A stretch of DNA of 64,000 bases from an uncultured delta proteobacterium (GCA_963810935.1 CAWEPK010000016.1:148975-212974); one strand, 5' to 3'; counted from the first letter of the stretch, positions 22,328 through 32,690 are shown. Numbers and translations: made by a program. Notes: a model not told the origin generated them from the letters alone.

Positions 22328-23164
22328 TTATTTTTTCCGTTGCTTGTTCAGGACCAGGCCGATTAATTTCTCGGTCGGAAGGAGCTGCAGGGCGTTCCTG
22401 ATTTCTGCGAGCGGCGTCGAGCCGGCAGCGACCACCATCAGGATATGGTCTACTTGCGGGGCGAAAGCCAGGGCATCGGGGCTTGTCAGTACGCCGGGCA
22501 CGTCGAAGAACACGTACCGCTCGGGATAGCGGCTCTTCATATCGGAGACTAGTTCCTTCATCCTCGGGGAAGCCAGAAGCTCGGTGCTGTCCTGAAGCGT
22601 TCCGCCGCCCGAGATAAGCGTGAGCTTCTCGGAACCGGGCCAGATGATAAGGTCGGATATGGGTGTGTTGTTCAGGAGATAATCCGAGAGACCCATGTCG
22701 CTCTTGATCCCCAGGTACTCATGTATCCGCTGATTGCGGAAGTCGCAATCGACGAGAAGGACAGTTTTTCTGAACTCTCTGGCAAAGGCGAAAGCGAGGT
22801 TGATCGCGGTGATCGTCTTGCCTTCGCCGGACAAGGGGCTCGTGACCATAATCGCCCGCCCGCCCCATTCCTCGGTCTTTTGCAAAATCTGGGTCCGGAG
22901 CACCTTGTAGGGCGCCAGATAGGGCGAGGCGGGCAGCACGCCCACACAACGGTTCGCTGCGGCGGTCAGGGGGTTGAGCCAGGCGGTCCTGGACTGGTTG
23001 TAGCTTGGAGAGACCCAGCCGGTCAGCTCTCTCTCCATCGTCTGCGCCGGTTCGACGACACCCGTCCCCGATACAGACATGGTGCTATCGGGCATCGGCA
23101 TCGGTTCACTCACCGGGGCCTTCTTACGCTTGGCGGCTTTCGTGGGCTTCCAAAACGCCGGCAC
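22328..23164 (-). CDS. Polysaccharide tyrosine autokinase (CpsD/CapB/Wzc kinase domain)
   Basis: TSPLSGEGKT Walker A, VLLVDCD, GLVLN. Confidence 0.9.
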   Translation of the reverse strand: MPAFWKPTKAAKRKKAPVSEPMPMPDSTMSVSGTGVVEPAQTMERELTGWVSPSYNQSRTAWLNPLTAAANRCVGVLPASPYLAPYKVLRTQILQKTEEWGGRAIMVTSPLSGEGKTITAINLAFAFAREFRKTVLLVDCDFRNQRIHEYLGIKSDMGLSDYLLNNTPISDLIIWPGSEKLTLISGGGTLQDSTELLASPRMKELVSDMKSRYPERYVFFDVPGVLTSPDALAFAPQVDHILMVVAAGSTPLAEIRNALQLLPTEKLIGLVLNKQRKK

Positions 23165-23174
23165 GGGCTTCCTC

Positions 23175-24764
23175 CTATATCATCAATCGTCTCGCAAGCC
23201 TTGCCCAGAAGACTTCGAGATCCATCACGAAGAAATGGAACAGGATTATAGCCGCGGCCAATCCGACTGCAAGACAGACAGCTACCTTTCTCCTGAACTT
23301 TTGCGTCTTCAGCTTGTCCTCTTCGGTTACTATCCTGGGAATGGTGCCGAGCACCGGGAACCCTATCTCGTTCGACAACTGGACCGCGCTCCTGACCGAT
23401 TGGTCCGCCTGCTCCTTCAGGGCCGCATTCCCCACACCGGCCCCTATGCCAAGGAATAAGCCGATGAGGATTACTGCCGGCACCTTCGGTTTGACCGGTT
23501 TTTCGGGCAACCTCGCCGGGTCAATAATCGTGAACTTCTCACCCATTTGCTCCTTCTCGAGCCCCTGGGCTACTCTGGCCTCAAGCACCCTCTTCATTAG
23601 CTCCTGGTACTTCGTTTCGGTGTTGGTGCGCTCCACCATCAACGCTTTGTACGTCTCCTCGACGCGCGGGGCCGCTTCAGTCCTCTGGACATAGTCTTCC
23701 CGCTTCTTGCGCATCTCGATTATTTGCCTTTTTACGGATTCTATGTCCGATTGCAGGCCTGCGAGCTGGGAGGCGATCGTCACGTAAGACGGGTTGTTTG
23801 CCTGGTCCGTCACGGAAATCAGCGGCTTTTGGTCCACTCCCTCTTCGGCCGACCGCTCGGCTATGCGTTTTTCGAGGGCGTCGACGTCCATCCTGGTCTT
23901 CTTCACGTCCGGGTACTTGTCGGAGTAACGGCTTTCGAGCTGGAGGAGCTTTGCCTTCAATTCTTTCAGGAGTGTCCTGTCCTGGTCCTTGCTCTCCGTC
24001 GGGATGCTCGCAAGCTGCGTCTGGAAGACCTCTTCTTTCTCCTTCAACGATCTGAGCTCGTCATTGAGCCTGTTAAGGTCGGATTCGGTCCTGTCGAGCC
24101 CCTGGAAGTTGACTTGCAGCAATTCGGGTATGGCATTGATGTTCTTTGCCTTGAAAACAGCTATTTTAGAGTCCAGGTTCAGCAGGTGCTCTTGTATAGT
24201 TTTGGCCTCATCCTCCAGAAACCTGGCCGCGCCGGCCGTTTGCCGCTCGCGTGTCTTCAGGTTCTCCTCGAGGTAGAGCGAGGCGAGCATGTTGGCGACC
24301 TCCTGCACCACCTGGGGGTACTTGCCGTCATAGGAAAGGGAGAAGGCAATGGTCGCCTGCATGGGCGTCGAGCTTCTCTTGTCCGCCACATCCGCGCTGA
24401 TCATTTGCAGCTTGATGTCTTTTCGCATCAAATCTACGATCTCCTCGGTGGTCATCTTCCGTTTAAGCTCCGCATAGAGACCGAAATGGTTGATGATTTC
24501 GAGAAGCCTGGTCGTACTCATGATGCGCTGGTTGATCGACTGAAGGCGCTGCTCGACAAACCCCGTTACGGTAGTGATGACGAAATCGCGTGGTATCTCC
24601 TGCTCCTCGATCAGTATGGTGGAAGTCGACCTGTACGTCCGGGGCCACAGGATGGCGCTGACCAGCGTTATGGAAAAGATAACAACGATTGGAAGGACGA
24701 GATACCATTTCCTTCGCAGGACGATATCTATATAATCGTTGATCGTTTTCGCGTCTTCTTCCAT
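23175..24764 (-). CDS. Polysaccharide chain-length determinant (GumC/Wzz-like)
   Basis: N- and C-terminal TM helices, long coiled coil, YSDKYPDV, IIDPARLPEKPVKP. Confidence 0.9.
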   Translation of the reverse strand: MEEDAKTINDYIDIVLRRKWYLVLPIVVIFSITLVSAILWPRTYRSTSTILIEEQEIPRDFVITTVTGFVEQRLQSINQRIMSTTRLLEIINHFGLYAELKRKMTTEEIVDLMRKDIKLQMISADVADKRSSTPMQATIAFSLSYDGKYPQVVQEVANMLASLYLEENLKTRERQTAGAARFLEDEAKTIQEHLLNLDSKIAVFKAKNINAIPELLQVNFQGLDRTESDLNRLNDELRSLKEKEEVFQTQLASIPTESKDQDRTLLKELKAKLLQLESRYSDKYPDVKKTRMDVDALEKRIAERSAEEGVDQKPLISVTDQANNPSYVTIASQLAGLQSDIESVKRQIIEMRKKREDYVQRTEAAPRVEETYKALMVERTNTETKYQELMKRVLEARVAQGLEKEQMGEKFTIIDPARLPEKPVKPKVPAVILIGLFLGIGAGVGNAALKEQADQSVRSAVQLSNEIGFPVLGTIPRIVTEEDKLKTQKFRRKVAVCLAVGLAAAIILFHFFVMDLEVFWARLARRLMI

Positions 24765-25010
24765 GCACCTACCTACTCGGGCAAAAACCCATAGTTCTTA
24801 TCGTAGCACAGGCCAATCCCCCGCATCTATAAAAAAAATCTATATTTTTCACGCCCATGCCTGCCTTCCTTTCGCCGATGCAATGCCTTGCATACCACCT
24901 GTATAGCTTACGACGACCGCCGGCGAATATCATGGAGAAATCGCTGATTATATGGTCGAATTAAGATAAATGAGACGTTTGTCGGAAGCTTGAGGTATTT
25001 GAGTCGTTTG

Positions 25011-26066
25011 CTAAGTGACGGCGTACCCGGCCGGTTCCCCTTGGGGCATGCGCTTTACCGAGTGCTTGAGCCCTTCAACTTTAGACTGTACGAGCCCCCT
25101 TGTCTCGGCCGCCTGTATAAATCCCTTGAACTGGTTGAAGCCTAACCCGTTAAAGTAGATCTTTTTTTCGATAAGCTTGGAGTTCACATTCCTGTATGAG
25201 TGGTAGCTGGGCTCGCCGCCCTTGTCCAGCTCGGCGAGGACGTCGATCAGGAACTGAAATGCGTGCTGCATCGGCCCTTCTCTCGTCAGCACCTTGGGGA
25301 CCGGATAGATGAGCGATTCGGCGCCCTTGCCTTCGATCTTGACGAAGCCCGCCTTGACCGCCGCGCTCACGAAGTCGCTCCAGTGGGAGAAGTTGAGCTT
25401 CTTCTCGTTGAAATTGGGGTTGAGCATCTTCATCCTGATCTTCACGGACCCTATGCCCGGGTTTATCTTCTTTTTCAGCATGGTGTCGGCTGCTTCTGCA
25501 AGGACCTGGAACCAGTCCTCGATAGCCATGGGGGAGGTGGCACTTACCGGCGCCCCGCCTTTCGCCTGCGCTGTCTTGTCATCGGGCAGAGGGGCCGGTT
25601 TTTCGGTCGTCTCCTCGTCGTTTCCTCCGGGCATCAGCTCCCGGTAATCGACATAACTGTCAGCAAGGGCCAGCAGGTCTTCGGACGCGTTCTGCGTGTT
25701 GCAGACGATGTGGACCATTTTGCCCGCCCGCCTCAGGGCGAGCACGAGAAAACGAAAATCGCTGTCGCCCGTTACAAGGATGAACGTATCGATGTGGTCG
25801 TGGATGCGCAGGATCTCCAGCGTGTCGGAGACCAGCACCATGTCGGAGCTGTTCTTGCGGCCCTTCGGGATATGGACCAGGTAAAAGTACCGTCTGGTCA
25901 GCGACGGCGCCAGCTTCGAGAAGACGGTGTTCGTCCAGTTGCCGTACGCGCGGGCGGTCACTATGCGGCCCTTCGACTCCGCGTGCTCGATAAGGCCCTC
26001 GAGGAAAAGAGAGTCTGCGCCGGGATTGACGTTTTCCAAGTCCCACAGAATGGCCACGTTGTTCAT
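25011..26066 (-). CDS. NYN domain (LabA/DUF88) ribonuclease with two OST-HTH/LOTUS-like domains
   Basis: AILWDLEN, KNSSDM, VTGDSDF, L...DSYVDY; repeated F....GF..F..F..AA...G.V units. Confidence 0.88.
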   Translation of the reverse strand: MNNVAILWDLENVNPGADSLFLEGLIEHAESKGRIVTARAYGNWTNTVFSKLAPSLTRRYFYLVHIPKGRKNSSDMVLVSDTLEILRIHDHIDTFILVTGDSDFRFLVLALRRAGKMVHIVCNTQNASEDLLALADSYVDYRELMPGGNDEETTEKPAPLPDDKTAQAKGGAPVSATSPMAIEDWFQVLAEAADTMLKKKINPGIGSVKIRMKMLNPNFNEKKLNFSHWSDFVSAAVKAGFVKIEGKGAESLIYPVPKVLTREGPMQHAFQFLIDVLAELDKGGEPSYHSYRNVNSKLIEKKIYFNGLGFNQFKGFIQAAETRGLVQSKVEGLKHSVKRMPQGEPAGYAVT

Positions 26067-26226
26067 GGTTTTATTATACAGGTTTGCAGCGACAGCTTCA
26101 AGGAAACCGTTTTTTTAGGGGCCGGGATCTTTCTCCGCACAACTTTGTCGCGCTTCGGGCCGTGACCTCAATGTGCGCAAAAGAGCAGTGATTTTGCTTT
26201 TTCTTCTCCGCCTGCTATAATACGTC

Positions 26227-26898
26227 GTGGTGGTCCCGCCCTTATCATCTATCCTCATAGCGCTCGGCCTGTTGTGCGTCTCTATACTGATCTTCAACCG
26301 CGTAAGGAAGCCCCCGCTCGTCGGAAAATGGGCGGCCCGTGCGCTTTTGGGGTGCACCATACCCTTGCTCGCCGCAGGCTTTGCACTCCATTTCAGCGGG
26401 CCCGTGCCTTCGGACCGGTCAGCGGCGTTGCGGTCCGCATCAAGCCCTGCCGCCCGGGCCGCAAAGCGTGCGGAGGCCGGCTGGAGCTTTTCGTTCGAGC
26501 CCAAATCGGCGCGTTGGGGCCAGGAGGTGACGATACGCGTCACACCCCCTAAAGATGACGTGACTGTCTACTACAACGGAAGGCCGCTGCCCGCGCGTCC
26601 GAAGGGCAACGGAATCTTAGTCGTGACTGTGCCGGCCATAAGCAAGGACGGCCGTTTCAGTCTGGAAAGCGGCGGAACGAGGGTGGAGGCGGAGGACCGG
26701 CTCATTATCTATAGGTGGAATATGTCGGCGGCCTGCTACGATTTTATAAAGGAGGTCCTGTATGCCGTATGTGAATATCAAAGTCACCAAAGAAGGTGTA
26801 ACCGCGGAGCAGAAAGAAAAACTGATCAAGGGCGCGACCGACCTGCTGGTCAACGTGCTCGGCAAGAACCCGGCCACGGTCTTCGTCGTGATAGATGA
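26227..26898 (+). CDS. Hypothetical membrane protein with Ig/IPT-like beta-rich domain (3' end overlaps the next gene and is uncertain)
   Basis: Two N-terminal TM segments and a beta-rich C-terminal part; preceded by TTGCTT-N16-TATAAT (26194-26221). Confidence 0.5.
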   Translation: MVVPPLSSILIALGLLCVSILIFNRVRKPPLVGKWAARALLGCTIPLLAAGFALHFSGPVPSDRSAALRSASSPAARAAKRAEAGWSFSFEPKSARWGQEVTIRVTPPKDDVTVYYNGRPLPARPKGNGILVVTVPAISKDGRFSLESGGTRVEAEDRLIIYRWNMSAACYDFIKEVLYAVCEYQSHQRRCNRGAERKTDQGRDRPAGQRARQEPGHGLRRDR

Positions 26899-26965
26899 AG
26901 TCGAGACGGACAATTGGGGTGTCGGCGGCGAGACGATCACCACGAGGCGAAAGCGCGGTCAGTGA
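26762..26965 (+). CDS. 4-oxalocrotonate tautomerase family protein
   Basis: MPYVNIK (Pro1), T.EQK..LI, VVIDEV..DNWG.GG; RBS AAGGAGG. Confidence 0.93.
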   Translation: MPYVNIKVTKEGVTAEQKEKLIKGATDLLVNVLGKNPATVFVVIDEVETDNWGVGGETITTRRKRGQ

Positions 26966-28338
26966 TCGGGTGTTGCCTTCTTTAAGGCCGCATACTCCAT
27001 AGCCTGCGATTTTCCGGTGATCTCGCCGGAGATCTGTTTTTCCCGAATCTCGCGGAGCACCTGCCCCAGTGCGGGCCCCTCGTCAAAGCCCGCGGCCAAT
27101 AGGTCGTGTCCCGTCAAGATTTGCGGCAGGGGAGTGCTTTTATATTCCGCGTATCCTGAGAGCACCTCGCGGCAGCGTGTTTTTACCTGCTCGGTCGATT
27201 CGTTTTCTCTCCCGCCCGTATTCCCGTAAAGGTCTAGAAGCGTAAGGAAAACGAGGGCGGGCGAAAGCTCTTCCATCTTGTAGACGATCCTCCTCACCGC
27301 CTTTTCCGTGGCCTCTCGGGTGCTTATGAGAAAGACCCGCATGTGGTTTTCTATAACGGTCCGTATAGCCCTTGCCTCGGATGCGCTGAACCTTAAGCGA
27401 TTCATGATCCCGGCCGCGATGTTGCTCGAATGGCGCTCGTGGTAGTAGAAGTGGATGCGCCCTTTCTCTTCGTCGAAGGAAAAAGTAGCGGGCTTGCCCA
27501 GGTCATGGAAAAGCAGCCCGTAGCCTGCCTGCCGCACCTCCCTTTCGGTAAAAGGACTGAACCGCTTGATCTTCCGGAGGTGCCTGAAGCCGCCTATCGT
27601 GTGGCCGAGCGCCCTAGGCCGCAGATGCCTCTCCGCGTCCATCTTCGCGAGCCCGAGCAGCTCGGGAAATATCTCGAAAAGGAGGCCCGTCTGCTCCATA
27701 GTCCGAATGGCGCGGTAAGGGTTGTCCGAAATCATTATGAGGTCGAGCTCGTATTTTACCCGCTCCGCGGCCGCGTTGCGGATAAGCGCCTTTTCAGCCG
27801 CAATTGCCTCTTTCAGCGCCGGGTCCAGGGTAAAGCCGGACAACGCACAGAGGTGCCTCATCGCCTTTACCATCCTCAGCGGGTCTTCCTTAAGAGACTC
27901 CTTCCTGGGATAGCGTATGGTGCGCTTTTTTAAGTCTTCTATACCGCCGAGGGGATCGAGCAGCCTGCCGGGACCGATTGCGTAAGCCATTGCATTGATC
28001 GTAAAATCGCGCCTCCGCAGGTCGTCATCTATGCTTCCCGCCAGTATGGTGACGTCCAGGCTGATCCCCCGTGCCACGATCCTGTGCGCCTGGATGGGTT
28101 TTTTACCGAGGAGGAAGGATTTGGCACCGAATATCCGCTCTATGCGGACGACGTCTTCGGGCCGGGAGAGGGCGAGGTCGTAGTCGTTAGGCAGGCGGCC
28201 GAGGGATAGTTCCCGCAGCGCACCCCCGACCAGAAAAACGGGGCCGGCGAACCGGCCGCTTCCGATTTTCCCGACAATGTCGAGCCGTCCTATCGCTTCT
28301 GCCAGCGCCGACGGAGAAAGGAGCGAGGTCTTACGCAT
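26959..28338 (-). CDS. Class II tRNA nucleotidyltransferase with HD-like domain (probably CC-adding)
   Basis: LVGGALRE..DYD, RRDFTINAMA, EDPLR, ERVKYEL, HDLGKP, LTGHDL. Confidence 0.88.
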   Translation of the reverse strand: MRKTSLLSPSALAEAIGRLDIVGKIGSGRFAGPVFLVGGALRELSLGRLPNDYDLALSRPEDVVRIERIFGAKSFLLGKKPIQAHRIVARGISLDVTILAGSIDDDLRRRDFTINAMAYAIGPGRLLDPLGGIEDLKKRTIRYPRKESLKEDPLRMVKAMRHLCALSGFTLDPALKEAIAAEKALIRNAAAERVKYELDLIMISDNPYRAIRTMEQTGLLFEIFPELLGLAKMDAERHLRPRALGHTIGGFRHLRKIKRFSPFTEREVRQAGYGLLFHDLGKPATFSFDEEKGRIHFYYHERHSSNIAAGIMNRLRFSASEARAIRTVIENHMRVFLISTREATEKAVRRIVYKMEELSPALVFLTLLDLYGNTGGRENESTEQVKTRCREVLSGYAEYKSTPLPQILTGHDLLAAGFDEGPALGQVLREIREKQISGEITGKSQAMEYAALKKATPDH

Positions 28339-28909
28339 TCGTTACAATGGCGGCCGTGCGGTCCGCAATTTTTTCGAGCAGGCCCATTATGTCCTGGTAG
28401 AATGTCAAAGCGTCGGGCCTGAGAGCGGCTGTGTTCCGGTTTTGCCCGTTCCCGGCCGTCCACCCTCGGACTTTATCGGCAATAACGGCCGTGTTCGAAA
28501 GGACGTAGCGCCTGAAATCGGGGCGCGTTCCGGGGGCGGTCATGTCGCCTGCGTCTCTCGCCGCATCGGCCGCCAGCGTGATTAGCTCGCTCACGTGCGC
28601 CTCGGCCGCGGGCTCCATCCGGATGCCGGCCTCGAGTCCGTCCTGTATCCGCTGCATGAGCTCTTCAGCCGCTTCCGAGAGGCGCCGGAGAGCCGGAACC
28701 TCTTTTTCTGCGTTCCCTTTACAAGCGCCGGGGCGGACGAGCGCCCGCGCCGCCTCCCGTGCCTGCCGTAGCCGGGCTGCGTCGCGAATGAAAAGAGACG
28801 CCCTGGCGTCGCCCAGGGTCTTCGCTACGCAGGCGAGCACGTCGAGCTTCGATTTGGCGTACGTTTCTTCCTGTGTCATCTCATCCATAATTCCGTCTCC
28901 CGGTGTCAA
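28331..28909 (-). CDS. Hypothetical all-helical protein, PhoU-like
   Basis: Helical pattern ending FYQDIMGLLEKIADRTAAI, as in PhoU-type domains; overlaps the start of the next gene in the operon. Confidence 0.5.
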   Translation of the reverse strand: MTPGDGIMDEMTQEETYAKSKLDVLACVAKTLGDARASLFIRDAARLRQAREAARALVRPGACKGNAEKEVPALRRLSEAAEELMQRIQDGLEAGIRMEPAAEAHVSELITLAADAARDAGDMTAPGTRPDFRRYVLSNTAVIADKVRGWTAGNGQNRNTAALRPDALTFYQDIMGLLEKIADRTAAIVTNA

Positions 28910-28936
28910 TAGTCCTCCGACTCATTCCCGGCAACC

Positions 28937-30043
28937 TTACGGCCCGTGTGCCTCAGGGGGCGCGCCTGCCGACATGCGGTCCTCATACCGGGCGAGCCGC
29001 CTGAAGGCGTCGATCTTTTCCCTGTCCTTGACCCGCGCGCGGTCGAGGCATCCCTTCAGGAATTCGATCGAGCGGTCGTACGTCTTCCGGTCGACGGGGA
29101 AAGGATGGCCGTCCTTCCCTCCGTGGGCGAAGCTGAACCGGGCGGGGTCGGTGAAGCTGGGGGGCGCGTCGTAAACGATCTCGGATACCAGGCTGAGGGC
29201 GGCGACCGTCCGCGGGCCTACTCCGCGTATCTCCAGCAGGTCAATGTACGCTTCCGGCCTCGACTCGTGGAGCGTCCGGAAGACCTTGCGCAGCCGCCCG
29301 GCGTCAACGTCCCCCGGTGTAATATAGTGCCGCTCGGGCATGGCCAGGCAGACGTCTTTCCATATCTCCGCCATCTTGTCGGGGCCCTCGCGCGTGAACT
29401 CGACCGTCGCCATGCGCGCGGGTGCGCTCTCGCTCGCAACGAGATTGAGGCTTATCTCCGTCTTGTCGCAGGTTATCCCCGTATGGGGCTCGCAGGTAAC
29501 GTCGAGGTCTTCCCGCGACAGCCACTGGTACCGCCTGGCCGTCCTCTCGTCGCCGTTCATCCCCTGCTGGACCACCGCCCAGTCGCCCTCCCGCGAGCAG
29601 ACGAGCACGTGGTGGTACAGGTCGTAGCCGTCCTGGATGAGGCTGTTATCGACTTTGGCGCAAAGGCGGCTCATCCTTACGAACTCCGACATGTCCATGT
29701 CCCATCTCGCCCCCACGCCTTCCAGCTCCTGGGGCGTCCGGAGCGCCGTCTTGCCCTTTCCGCCGCATATGGCGACGGGCAAGTCTTCCCCCGACCCCGC
29801 CAGCCCTTCCTTCAATGCCCCGCACAGGGTCGTCGTCAACCCGCTGGAATGCCAGTCGAACCCCACCACGCAGCCCAGGGCCTGGAACCAGACAGGATCG
29901 GCCATGCGCCTTATCAGCTCACCCGGTCCGAACTCTATAACGATAAGCGAGGCTATGGCAGACGATAACTGCCTCATCCTCTCAAACAGCCATCCCGGCG
30001 CCTTGCCGTAGTGCAAGGGTAGGGACGTAACGCTTCTTCTCAT
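28937..30043 (-). CDS. DUF763 family protein
   Basis: LPLHYGKAPGWLF, DWHSSGLTT, AKVDN..QDGY.LYHH, HhH motif GVGPRT, FSFAHGGKDGHPFPV. Confidence 0.92.
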   Translation of the reverse strand: MRRSVTSLPLHYGKAPGWLFERMRQLSSAIASLIVIEFGPGELIRRMADPVWFQALGCVVGFDWHSSGLTTTLCGALKEGLAGSGEDLPVAICGGKGKTALRTPQELEGVGARWDMDMSEFVRMSRLCAKVDNSLIQDGYDLYHHVLVCSREGDWAVVQQGMNGDERTARRYQWLSREDLDVTCEPHTGITCDKTEISLNLVASESAPARMATVEFTREGPDKMAEIWKDVCLAMPERHYITPGDVDAGRLRKVFRTLHESRPEAYIDLLEIRGVGPRTVAALSLVSEIVYDAPPSFTDPARFSFAHGGKDGHPFPVDRKTYDRSIEFLKGCLDRARVKDREKIDAFRRLARYEDRMSAGAPPEAHGP

Positions 30044-30297
30044 CCCTTCACAAGATATACCGTGTCGTTTTCATGGACCTTTTCTTTCACCTTGATCCCG
30101 ACCTCATCGCCGACGCCGACTTTCTGGACTATCGCGTGCTCCACCTGCATGGAGTCGATCGTCTGCTCGAAGTCGGTCGTATGGCCCTTGATCTTGATCG
30201 TGTCTCCCGTTTTCAGCTCACCGGCCGTTATCCGTATTGCGGCAACGCCGATTTTCCCGAAATACTTTTCCACTTTTCCCGTGAGTATCTCTTCCAT
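30040..30297 (-). CDS. Small translation-factor-like beta-barrel protein (EF-Tu domain II / U32 C-terminal-like)
   Basis: GKV.KYF.KIGVA, LK.GD.I.IKGHTTDF.Q...SMQ, VGIKV..KV..ND.VY. Confidence 0.85.
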   Translation of the reverse strand: MEEILTGKVEKYFGKIGVAAIRITAGELKTGDTIKIKGHTTDFEQTIDSMQVEHAIVQKVGVGDEVGIKVKEKVHENDTVYLVKG

Positions 30298-30415
30298 AGT
30301 CGGCCCCCCGTTATTTTTCCTAATAATTTATCACCCTTCTATAAGAAGGGCAAACGCTATTGCAGTAACGGCCTAACAACTAGGCGATAGCAATAACGCG
30401 AAGGAGTAAGAGAAG

Positions 30416-30700
30416 ATGAAGACGACAATTATGTCGAAAGACGGCGGCCCCAAGGTGGTTAATCTGAGCCGCCGAGCAGGTATACATGAAAGATGTATTA
30501 ACTGCCGGGGCTGGTAGACACGAGAGGTTGCCCGATGCGAAGAATAGGACTGTCCGTGATACCCTTATAGGGCGGGCATGGGTAAACAGAACGCGCAGGA
30601 CAGATCAAAGGCCATTAAGGAGTACTGCAAATGGTGCACAAATGGCAAAATAGCTGCGTGTGGTACCGCCGTGTCCTCTTTATGGCTTTGTGAAAGGGGG
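30416..30700 (+). pseudogene. Decayed Cys-rich phage-type protein with an internal duplication
   Basis: After AAGGAG: MKTTIMSKDGGPKVVNLSRRAGIHERCINCRGW*TREVARCEE*DCP*YPYRAGMGKQNAQDRSKAIKEYCKWC...; three in-frame stops and a later frameshift. Confidence 0.6.
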
Positions 30701-30829
30701 GGGCGCACAAAGGCGACTCAAAATACCCTACCATTAGCCGCAAAACGACATATAGGGACTGATTTGACACGGAAGAAGGAGGGGCCGTACAAATACCCAT
30801 ACCCAAGCCAGCCGCATAGGCAGGGAGGC

Positions 30830-31390
30830 ATAGACAAAGGCAATCGGGTACGCGCGCCTATCACCTGAAGAAGGGTTCAGACCCCAGATCAGTATCAACC
30901 GCCAAGAAACGAAGATACGGACCTATGCCATAGTGAACGAGCTTGCCCTGACAGATGTACTGAAGGACACGGGTACGAGCGGCAAAACCCTCAACCGGCC
31001 AGGCTGCATTGCCTGATCGATAGAGTTACCCGTCAGGAGATTGGGGCGGTCATCGTGTGCACCCTGGACGGACTATCGAGAAACGCATGGGACGTGATCA
31101 ACCTGATAAAGCTCATAGACGAGAACGGGGTTGAGTTTCACTCCATTGCAGAAGGCATAGACACGGGCGGGGCAATAGGCAAGTACCTTTTGCGGTTTGT
31201 GAACGTGCTCCACGCCATACTCCACCGTACCGAGCTATTTGAAATAAACGGGCTGAAGACAGACAGGGCAGAGGTGGAGAAGATCGTAGCAGAGCTACAC
31301 GATATGGGCCACAGCCCAAGTACATATGCCGGGAGCTTGAACGGCAGGGTTACAAGCCAAGAGGCAAGACATGGACGCCAGGAGCGATAG
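30830..31390 (+). pseudogene. Serine recombinase (resolvase/invertase) pseudogene
   Basis: AIGYARLS...SINRQ...D.GTSGKTLNRPG, frameshift near 31005, then VIVCTLDGLSRN...GVEFHSIAEGIDT...GK. Start codon damaged; DRL motif altered to DGL. Confidence 0.8.
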
Positions 31391-31572
31391 TCCGCATAGT
31401 CAGAGCCATGCGAGCAAGATCGAAAGTTTGATAAGCTTGTTAGTGAGCGCTGGCTGTGAATTTCCTTGACACCCGGTGCAAATGTGGGTAAAAAAGGAAA
31501 ACGTTTCGTTGTGGAAGGACAAAAAGGCGGAGGAGCGCGGATTCGAACAAACTTTAACAAGGAGAGCAGGGT

Positions 31573-32173
31573 ATGAAAGCTTTGTGGATGCTTGTTATTC
31601 CTATCAGTGTTGTTGTCCTTTTCGGTTGTGGGAAGTCTCAGCCAGCTTGTGGAGACCAATCGACAATTGACCTGGTTAAGAAAACGTGTCAAGACGGGTT
31701 GCAGCAGGACATTGCGAGCATAGGGAGAGATAAGGCGGCAGCGGATACGATTCTAAACGCGTTTCAATTCGTGGTTAGTTCTGTAAGGACTGCTGGTCGT
31801 GACGATAAGGTGGGTAAGCTGACCTGCGAAGCTGTTCTTGAAGTGAAGCTTCCAGAGGTATTAATAAAAGCTAGTGATACTCCTTTTTTCAAGAATGGAA
31901 TAGCAAATGCTTCGAAGGGAAGCGCAAGGGTCAATGGGAGTGTTATTCAAAGCGACATTCAGTATACCTCGCAGTTGAGCGACGATAAGAAACAACGAGC
32001 TAGTTGAGGTGCGAGGGGCCAAGCCCTTGATTGATACTCTCGCCGGCGTAGGGGTGGGGTATGTCGATATGATGGAAGCAGCCAAGGCTCAACAACAAGC
32101 GGGTGTTGAGCAAAATCCTGCCGGAGACTCTGGTCGGTCTACTGCACCGGATAATCAGGCGACAAGTAAGTAA
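31573..32173 (+). CDS. Hypothetical lipoprotein; frameshift near 31998
   Basis: Lipobox VLFGC. Reading continues in another frame (LVEVRGAKPLIDTLAG...ATSK*) to TAA 32173. Confidence 0.6.
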
Positions 32174-32243
32174 GGAACGTAGCGGGGCCTTTGTTGTAAG
32201 AGAAGGGGGACTTACTGTGGGTGAAAATATAGGCGAAACGATA

Positions 32244-32660
32244 ATGCCGCTCACTATCGAAGAGGTCAAAGAGATATTCATGTCGGAATACGCTTTCCTG
32301 GCTGATCGATTGAAGTTTCGTGAACTTACCTTGAAAGAAGCTGCGGACAAAAAGACGAAGAATGATACCGAAGTAAATTCGCCGGGTGTCTACGTGTTTT
32401 GGGCGACTACGTGCCCACGTGGTGTTGTTAAGGTAGGCAGGTCACTGGTAAATTCCCGCCGCAGGGCGATGGAACATATTGGGGATAATACGAAACGAAA
32501 AGATGGAACTTATGGAATGAAAAAGCTGACGCAAGAGCCGGGCGCGAAGCTGTTGCTGTTTAACATACGGGACAAGGAAAATGCACATTGGCTACTGGGA
32601 CTTGAGTATTTCTTGGAAAAGCGGCTGAAGCCATACATCCGTTCTGATAGGAATGGTTAG
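32244..32660 (+). CDS. GIY-YIG-like nuclease
   Basis: PGVYVF...VVKVGRS..NSRRRAMEH and a later LE..LE..L.P, matching the GIY-YIG motif order. Confidence 0.6.
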   Translation: MPLTIEEVKEIFMSEYAFLADRLKFRELTLKEAADKKTKNDTEVNSPGVYVFWATTCPRGVVKVGRSLVNSRRRAMEHIGDNTKRKDGTYGMKKLTQEPGAKLLLFNIRDKENAHWLLGLEYFLEKRLKPYIRSDRNG

Positions 32661-32690
32661 GGCAACAAGCTCTGCAAGGAGGGTAGGTAT

